A DNA stretch of 64,000 nt, taken from contig JBDRAV010000003.1 in assembly GCA_043823435.1 (NCBI GenBank), positions 32,366 through 96,365 on the forward strand. Reading direction: 5' to 3'. Positions 58,567 through 64,000 of the stretch are shown one piece after another (position 1 is the stretch's first letter; each line of letters starts with the position of its first letter). A program made the translations under genes and the position numbers. Below the pieces are notes generated by a model, which saw only the letters and a list, made by a program, of their open reading frames with translations, was not told where the DNA came from and made no database searches. The DNA comes from Candidatus Omnitrophota bacterium. GTDB taxonomy: Bacteria > Omnitrophota > Gorgyraeia > Gygaellales > Profunditerraquicolaceae.

Positions 58567-58733
58567 TTTTACGGCTGTCTTGGCTTGTTTCTCACAGCAC
58601 CGCTCGATTTTTCACACCGAAAAAAATCTCGCTTGAAGTTTCTGCTCGCTCTCACCGATCTCTATTAGTGGGTGAACCCTGGCCGCTCGCAGAACCTACA
58701 TGCTGCTCGAACCAACCTAATCCATCCGTAAAA
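58567..58733 (-). ncRNA. Candidate structured 5' leader element (family 2), copy B, upstream of queH
   Basis: Minus strand has closing stem TTTTACGG/CCGTAAAA, second stem TCGAGCAGC/GCTGTGAGA, hairpins GGG-TTCA-CCC and GATTTTTTC..GAAAAATC, and conserved blocks ATGTAGGTTCTGCGAGCGGCC, AGAGCGAGCAGAAACTTCAAGCGAG, GAGCGGTGCTG. It ends 12 nt before the queH ATG. Confidence 0.5.
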
Positions 58734-58826
58734 ATCAAATCACTCCTTACGCTCCTATTATTCGCTCGTAGACGAGCTTAAGTTTTCCGTAAATTCTTAC
58801 CGATTCCTGCCAAAAATTTTCTGAGA

Positions 58827-59288
58827 TTATTTTTTCTTAAATAACCTTTTTATATCTTCTTCCGTAATATTTTTAAACCCTTCAGAATCACAAACGTGTT
58901 TTATTATTTTGATCAATAAATCATTTGACGCTTCTGCACTTACTTCTTCTCGCTCTCTTTTAGAAAAGGTTTCATGTAAGTCATTTACTAATTTCTTTAA
59001 TTCATTATCTTTAGAAAAAAATAATTTTAATGTATTTAAAGCTCGCAAAAATTCATCTGATCAAACTTTGTCTCGATATGCAATCAAATCATGTAAAGTC
59101 TTTAACCTTTCTTGTTTTTCAAAGTTCCTTGTTCTTAATGATTCCCCTATAACAACTGCTATTACTGGAGAAAGAATAATAGCTATAATGTGAATAATAT
59201 TACTTGCTGTCATAGCTCCATCTATTTTTTTGACGAAATCTAAAAGCGTCTCATATACATATTGAACTACCGTATTTATTTTCAGCAC
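58827..59288 (-). pseudogene. Small N-terminally anchored protein interrupted by one in-frame TGA (59061-59063), in an AT-rich islet
   Basis: ORFs 59061-59288 and 58827-59048 are in the same frame, separated by TGA plus four sense codons: ..HDLIAYRDKV*SDEFLRALNTLKLFF.. There is one TM (IIHIIAIILSPVIAVVIG). Composition is visibly more AT-rich than the flanks. Confidence 0.5.
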
Positions 59289-59327
59289 GCGAGCAAAACC
59301 CGCAGCAAAATATCAATTATATTTATT

Positions 59328-59387
59328 AGGGGACAGTTCTCCGATTGGCCAAAGAAGTGTCCCTCGATTGGCTCAAGAACCGTCCCT
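59328..59387. repeat. Imperfect 37-bp palindrome plus 23-bp direct repeat overlapping the ruvB stop
   Basis: The palindrome is AGGGGACAGTTCT-CCGATTGGCCAA-AGAAGTGTCCCT. The direct repeats are CGATTGGCCAAAGAAGTGTCCCT (59342-59364) and CGATTGGCTCAAGAACCGTCCCT (59365-59387), identical at 19 of 23 positions. Confidence 0.7.
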
Positions 59388-60432
59388 AAAAGAGGGAGTC
59401 TTGTTTTTCGTATTTGAGGCCGAAGTGTTCGTAGGCGAGCCTTGTGGCAACCCTGCCCCGCGAAGTACGCTTGATATAGCCGGCCTTGAGCAAATAAGGC
59501 TCTATGGTATCGGTGATAGTATCGACTTCTTCGTTAAGGCTGGCAGCTAAAGATTCTACGCCTACCGGCCCGCCGCCGAAAGATTCCAGCATGACTTTTA
59601 AGACCTTACGGTCTATTTCATCTAAGCCCGCCTTATCTATACGCAGCTCATCCAGGGTCTTTGCCGCAACATCCATATCGACCTTCTGTATCTTGGATAC
59701 CTGGGCGTAATCCCTGATGCGGCGCAGCAATCTATTGGCTATCCGCGGTGTGCCGCGGGCGCGCCGCGCAATCTCTGCGGCTCCTGCATCGTCTATGTTC
59801 ACGCCTAAGATCTTCGCGGAATGTTTTAGGATCCTGGATAAATCTTCTATGGGGTAAAAATCCATATGATAGAATATCCCGAACCTCGCCCTTAAGGGTG
59901 CCGCCAATAAACCGGTCCTGGTGGTAGCGCCGACCAAAGTAAATGGTTTCAGGTTAAACTTTATCGTCCTGGCATACTGGCCCTTATCGATAATAAAATC
60001 GATCTGAAAACTCTCCATCGCCGGATAAAGGAACTCCTCGACTACCTTGGAGAGCCGGTGTATCTCATCGATAAAAAGGATATCGCCTTTTTCCAGGTTA
60101 GTTAATATCCCGATAAGGTCTCCTGCCCGCTCTATGGCAGGGCCTGAGGTAGCGGTTATCTTGGTGCCCATTTCACGGGCGATGATATGCGCCATGCTCG
60201 TTTTTCCTAAGCCCGGGGGTCCGCTTAAAAGGACATGCTCAAGCGGCTCCTTCCTTTGCTTGGTCGCGGTAACGCAGACTTTCAGGTTATCGGTGATATC
60301 CTTCTGGCCGACAAATTCCGTAAGCCTTTGCGGCCGAAGCGAAATATTTAAAACAACGTCCTCTTCGGTCTCCTGGGCCTTATCAATAACCTTAGCGCCT
60401 TCAAGTAATTTACGCCTTGTCTCTTCTGTCAT
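59386..60432 (-). CDS. ruvB: Holliday junction branch migration helicase RuvB
   Basis: Walker A GPPGLGKTS, ..LFIDEIHRL.., 348 aa. Confidence 0.95.
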   Translation of the reverse strand: MTEETRRKLLEGAKVIDKAQETEEDVVLNISLRPQRLTEFVGQKDITDNLKVCVTATKQRKEPLEHVLLSGPPGLGKTSMAHIIAREMGTKITATSGPAIERAGDLIGILTNLEKGDILFIDEIHRLSKVVEEFLYPAMESFQIDFIIDKGQYARTIKFNLKPFTLVGATTRTGLLAAPLRARFGIFYHMDFYPIEDLSRILKHSAKILGVNIDDAGAAEIARRARGTPRIANRLLRRIRDYAQVSKIQKVDMDVAAKTLDELRIDKAGLDEIDRKVLKVMLESFGGGPVGVESLAASLNEEVDTITDTIEPYLLKAGYIKRTSRGRVATRLAYEHFGLKYEKQDSLF

Positions 60433-61162
60433 AAGGTACGATATTATCCTTGTTCCTGATGATCTCTATATCCTGGAAGGGCCCCTTCTGCCGCGCCACG
60501 ATCTCCTTCATCTTGATCAATTCCAGTATAGAAAGGAAAGTTACTACTATCTCTATCTTGTTCTTGGCTTTGGAGAATAAATCGGAAAGGCGCAGGCTCA
60601 CAGATACAAGAAGCATGTGCAGGATATCGTGGACTTTGCTCTCCACGGTAAATTCATCCTTTATGACTTCATAGAATACTTCCTTGGATATACCCTCAAG
60701 CGCAGAAGAAAAAGCAGTGATCAAATCAAAGAGGCTGGCCTCAAAATATACGCCCTGGTTATCCTGCAAGGCTTGCGGCTCGGGGGCCTTTGGCCGTTTA
60801 AATATATCACGCTGGTCAGTCTCCCTCTCCCGTAAATCTTGAGCTATCTCTTTAAACTTCTCGTATTCCAAGAGCCGTTTTACCAATTCCGCACGCGGGT
60901 CCTCCTGCTCTGCCTCCTGCCCCTGCGATTCATCAACAGGCAGCAGCATCTTGGACTTTATCTGTATAAGGGTAGCTGCCATCACCAGGAATTCTCCGGC
61001 AATATCCAGATTAAGCAAGCGCATAATATCAAGATATTTAAGGTACTGCTCGGTAACCTGGGCAATAGGTATATCATATATATTCAAGTGGTCCTTCTTC
61101 ACCAGGTACAAAAGCAGGTCGAGCGGTCCCTCGAATATCTCTAATTTTATCTTGTAACTCAT
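60410..61162 (-). CDS. scpA: Segregation and condensation protein A
   Basis: ..FEGPLDLLLYLVKK..ITEQYL.. ScpA N-terminus. Confidence 0.85.
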   Translation of the reverse strand: MSYKIKLEIFEGPLDLLLYLVKKDHLNIYDIPIAQVTEQYLKYLDIMRLLNLDIAGEFLVMAATLIQIKSKMLLPVDESQGQEAEQEDPRAELVKRLLEYEKFKEIAQDLRERETDQRDIFKRPKAPEPQALQDNQGVYFEASLFDLITAFSSALEGISKEVFYEVIKDEFTVESKVHDILHMLLVSVSLRLSDLFSKAKNKIEIVVTFLSILELIKMKEIVARQKGPFQDIEIIRNKDNIVPYDRRDKA

Positions 61163-62142
61163 GCCAAACCAAGTAAACTTTTTACTTCGAAAATAGTTTT
61201 AGACGCCAAGTGCCTGGCCTTCTCTGAACCCTCTTCCAATATATTAAGTATCTTATTTTTATTGCTAAGAAGCTTCGCCCTTTTGTCCTGGATCGGCCCT
61301 AAAAACTTAACCAGTATCTCTGCCAATTCCTTCTTGCAATCTGTGCATCCGGCCTTTGCCTGCCGGCAGAGATCGGCGACTTCGGCCTCTCTCTCAGGCG
61401 CGAATATGGCGTAATAACTGTGCACATTGCATTTCTCAGGATGCCCGGGGTCGGAAAACTTCACCCTTAAAGGGTCGGTAAACATATTCTGGACCTTAAG
61501 GCGGATACTCCTGGGCTCTTCGGATATGGCGATAAAATTATTATAACTCTTGCTCATCTTTCGGCCGTCAAGCCCCAGCATCCTGGGCGACTTGGTCAGG
61601 AGCGCTGAGGGCTCAGGAAAGATATCTTTTTTATAAAGGCTGTTAAACCTACGCCCTATCTCCCTGGTCAATTCCAGATGCGGCAACTGGTCTTCTCCGA
61701 CAGGGACCGCCCCTGCCTTATAGAGTAGGATATCCGCTGCCTGCAGGACCGGATACCCCAGAAAACCATAGGTGCTTAAATCGCGGTTGGTGAGTTCGCG
61801 CAACTGCTCTTTATACGTGGGGCAGCGTTCAAGCCATCCCAGCGGGGTAATAAATGAAAGAAACATGCATAATTCCAAATGCTCTTTTACGTACGATTGG
61901 ATAAAAAGGGTGGATTTCTCTGGAGAGATGCCGCATGCAAGCCAATCGGCTACATTGTTGATAATGTTCTCTTTTAAGGCATCCGGGCAAGCGTATTCTG
62001 ACATAAGCGCATGCCAATCCGCGACCATGAAAAAACACTCATACTCCTCCTGTAACTTCTCCCAGTTATCGAGCGCCCCTACCAGGTGTCCTATATGCAA
62101 CGGCCCCGTCGGTCGCATGCCGCTAAGTATCCTCTTCTTCAT
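61159..62142 (-). CDS. trpS: Tryptophan--tRNA ligase
   Basis: Class I HIGH (TGPLHIGHLVG) and KMSKS (GRKMSKS) motifs; 327 aa. Confidence 0.95.
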   Translation of the reverse strand: MKKRILSGMRPTGPLHIGHLVGALDNWEKLQEEYECFFMVADWHALMSEYACPDALKENIINNVADWLACGISPEKSTLFIQSYVKEHLELCMFLSFITPLGWLERCPTYKEQLRELTNRDLSTYGFLGYPVLQAADILLYKAGAVPVGEDQLPHLELTREIGRRFNSLYKKDIFPEPSALLTKSPRMLGLDGRKMSKSYNNFIAISEEPRSIRLKVQNMFTDPLRVKFSDPGHPEKCNVHSYYAIFAPEREAEVADLCRQAKAGCTDCKKELAEILVKFLGPIQDKRAKLLSNKNKILNILEEGSEKARHLASKTIFEVKSLLGLA

Positions 62143-62154
62143 TTATGCTCCCAA

Positions 62155-62253
62155 AATCAAAATGCAAAAATCAAAATTACATATCAAAGTCCAAAATGTT
62201 TATTAAAAATATTGGATCTTTTGTTTCTCATTTTGATATTTGAATCTTGCATT
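62155..62253. repeat. AT-rich imperfect inverted repeat filling the infB-trpS spacer
   Basis: The left arm aaaatgcaaaaatcaaaattacatatcaaag pairs with the right arm ctcattttgatatttgaatcttgcatttt. Arms are about 30 nt with roughly 35 nt between them. Confidence 0.55.
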
Positions 62254-64000
62254 TTACAGCTTCCTGGCTATCTTTTCTATATCATAGGCCTCGACGATGT
62301 CGCCTTCCTTGATATCGTTAAAACCGCTTATGGTCAGGCCGCAATCAAAACCCTCCTGAACTTCTCTTGCATCGTCTTTAAAACGCTTTAGCGAAGACAG
62401 CTTCCCTTCGAATATAACCTCGCCGTTCCTTATCAGGCTTACGGAGGCATTGCGGCTGATCTTGCCCTTGGTCACAAAAGAACCCGCCACTATTCCCGAA
62501 CGCGAGAGGTTAAAGACCTTTCTTATCTCTACCCTCCCCAGGAATATTTTCTTTAATCTCGGCTCGAGCATCCCTTCCAGAGCCGCCTTTATATCATTGG
62601 CTAATTCGTAAATAATACTGTAGGTCCTTATCTCTACGCCTTCCTTGGCGCTTAGTTCACCGGCACCCTGCTCCGCCGCGACATGGAACCCCAGTATAAG
62701 GGCATCCGAGGCTATGGCCAGTATAACATCAGACGCATTTATACTGCCTACGCCTTCATGTATGATATTCCACTTTATTTCCGATGTGTTTATTTTACTC
62801 AGCGTCTCTTTTATCGCTTCAAGCGAACCCTGCACATCCGCCTTGAGTATAAGCTTAAGCTCTTTGATTTTTCCTTCCTGTATCTGGGCATGCAAATCCT
62901 CCAGGCTTACCCTCTTGGCGGCTTTCATCTGCTGCTGCCTTTCGCTTTCCCGCCGCTTCAGCGATAATTCCCTCGCCAATTTTTCATCCTCAACAACAAA
63001 AAACTGCTCGCCTACCGACGGGATACCGGATAATCCGGATACTTCTACCGGGAAAGAAGGAAGTACGCTGGTCACCGATTGGCGGCGGTCGTTCTGCATC
63101 GCCTTTATCTTACCATAATACTTATCCGCAATTATGACTTCGCCCAGGCGCAGCGTGCCGTTTTGCACAAGCAAAGTCGCAACCGGCCCCCTGCCTTTGG
63201 TTAATTTCGCCTCTATGACTACCCCGCGCGCCGGTTTATCAGGGTTTGCTTTCAATTCCAGCATCTGGGATTCCAGGATAATCATCTCTAATAAATTATC
63301 AATTCCCTCTCCCGTCTTCGCGGAAACAGGCACGGTAATAGTTTTGCCGCCCCAGTCTTCAGCAAGAAGATTAAGTGCGGAAAGTTGTTTCTTTACCCGG
63401 TCGATATCGGCCTGGGGTTTATCCATTTTATTTACGGCTACGATTATCGGTACTCCCGCAGCGCGCGCATGATCTATAGCCTCCTGGGTCTGAGGCATAA
63501 TTCCGTCATCCGCGGCGACTACCAGGACAACTATATCCGTTACTCCGGCACCGCGCGCGCGCATGGCAGTAAAGGCCTCGTGGCCAGGAGTATCCAAAAA
63601 CGTAATCTCCCCATGCGCAATGGTAACTTTATAAGCACCGATATGCTGGGTAATGCCTCCATGTTCGGATTCTACAACCTTGGTTTTACGGATTGAATCA
63701 AGCAACGAAGTCTTCCCGTGATCTACATGGCCCATAAAAGTCACTATGGGCGGGCGCGGGCGTAAAGATTCTCTCTTGTCTTCTTCTTCGTGTATTCTTA
63801 AAACCGCTTCTTCCTGACCCGGAGCCTTTTTTAGCTGGCAACCGTATTTGAGACAGACCTTTGCCACTATATCTTCTCCCAGGCTCTGATTTATGCCCGC
63901 CATCAAGCCAAGATCCATTAATTTCTTTATTAAAACAGACGGCTTCTCCTGTAATTTAACGGCTAGGTCTTTTACCGTAATCGGAATGTTTATCTCCAGC
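62254..64000 (-). CDS. infB: Translation initiation factor IF-2 (N-terminus off window)
   Basis: G domain [24 protein letters not shown]. The frame stays open to the window edge. Confidence 0.95.
   Translation of the reverse strand, partial: LEINIPITVKDLAVKLQEKPSVLIKKLMDLGLMAGINQSLGEDIVAKVCLKYGCQLKKAPGQEEAVLRIHEEEDKRESLRPRPPIVTFMGHVDHGKTSLLDSIRKTKVVESEHGGITQHIGAYKVTIAHGEITFLDTPGHEAFTAMRARGAGVTDIVVLVVAADDGIMPQTQEAIDHARAAGVPIIVAVNKMDKPQADIDRVKKQLSALNLLAEDWGGKTITVPVSAKTGEGIDNLLEMIILESQMLELKANPDKPARGVVIEAKLTKGRGPVATLLVQNGTLRLGEVIIADKYYGKIKAMQNDRRQSVTSVLPSFPVEVSGLSGIPSVGEQFFVVEDEKLARELSLKRRESERQQQMKAAKRVSLEDLHAQIQEGKIKELKLILKADVQGSLEAIKETLSKINTSEIKWNIIHEGVGSINASDVILAIASDALILGFHVAAEQGAGELSAKEGVEIRTYSIIYELANDIKAALEGMLEPRLKKIFLGRVEIRKVFNLSRSGIVAGSFVTKGKISRNASVSLIRNGEVIFEGKLSSLKRFKDDAREVQEGFDCGLTISGFNDIKEGDIVEAYDIEKIARKL

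Noticed and set aside
59049-59063. The in-frame TGA as selenocysteine or as a reassigned codon (genetic code 4 or 25).
   Set aside because: Many well-supported genes here terminate at TGA at their expected ends (ribE, thpR, trpB, ribBA). The downstream sequence is AT-rich with no SECIS-like hairpin.
62143-62253. A T-box leader upstream of trpS, and ZTP/THF-type riboswitches upstream of fhs or folD.
   Set aside because: The spacers are too short (111 nt; 50 nt at 52213-52262; folD and fchA overlap). The conserved T-box or pfl-motif sequences are absent.

Overview
This is a 64-kb stretch of a moderately AT-rich bacterial chromosome. Taxon cannot be assigned from the sequence alone; the gene content suggests an anaerobe with Wood-Ljungdahl genes. 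I call about 63 protein genes and one tRNA-Pro, and all but three genes sit on the minus strand. Nearly everything is housekeeping:
- a riboflavin operon (ribBA-ribH-nusB-PHP-ribD-ribE) behind an FMN riboswitch
- pgpA/pgsA, rimO-rodZ-ftsK, pnp-rpsO, a UvrD-type helicase-nuclease, recJ, argS
- trpGDCFBA without trpE, murA, prmC-prfA, rpmE, rho, coaE, glgA, polA
- a carbonyl/methyl-branch cluster: acsB, FAD oxidoreductase, cooF, cooS, metF, folD, fchA, fhs
- rnhB, rplS-trmD, tgt-queA, queH, ruvB, scpA, trpS, infB

I found no CRISPR array, transposase, integrase or recognisable defence gene. The unusual content is non-coding:
1. A modular MITE/BOX-like family of palindromic elements fills almost every long intergenic spacer, about 16 copies. 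It includes a 3.5-unit tandem array upstream of acsB.
2. Five copies carry a 92-nt insert that folds as a three-way junction, with compensatory substitutions between copies.
3. A 165-nt multi-stem element occurs twice, each time in sense orientation and ending 8-12 nt before a start codon (thpR, queH). Its closing helix is fully covarying.
4. Five hairpin units with a 64-65-nt period form the leader of tRNA-Pro.

Smaller oddities:
- prfA is split by a 1-nt frameshift.
- A small membrane-protein gene in an AT-rich islet is interrupted by an in-frame TGA.
- The FMN aptamer carries an internal duplication.
- UAG-N4 heptad repeats precede an SD-less TTG start of trpF.
- Two divergent promoter pairs are mirror-image.

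All functional interpretations of the non-coding elements are inference. Nothing was searched against a database.
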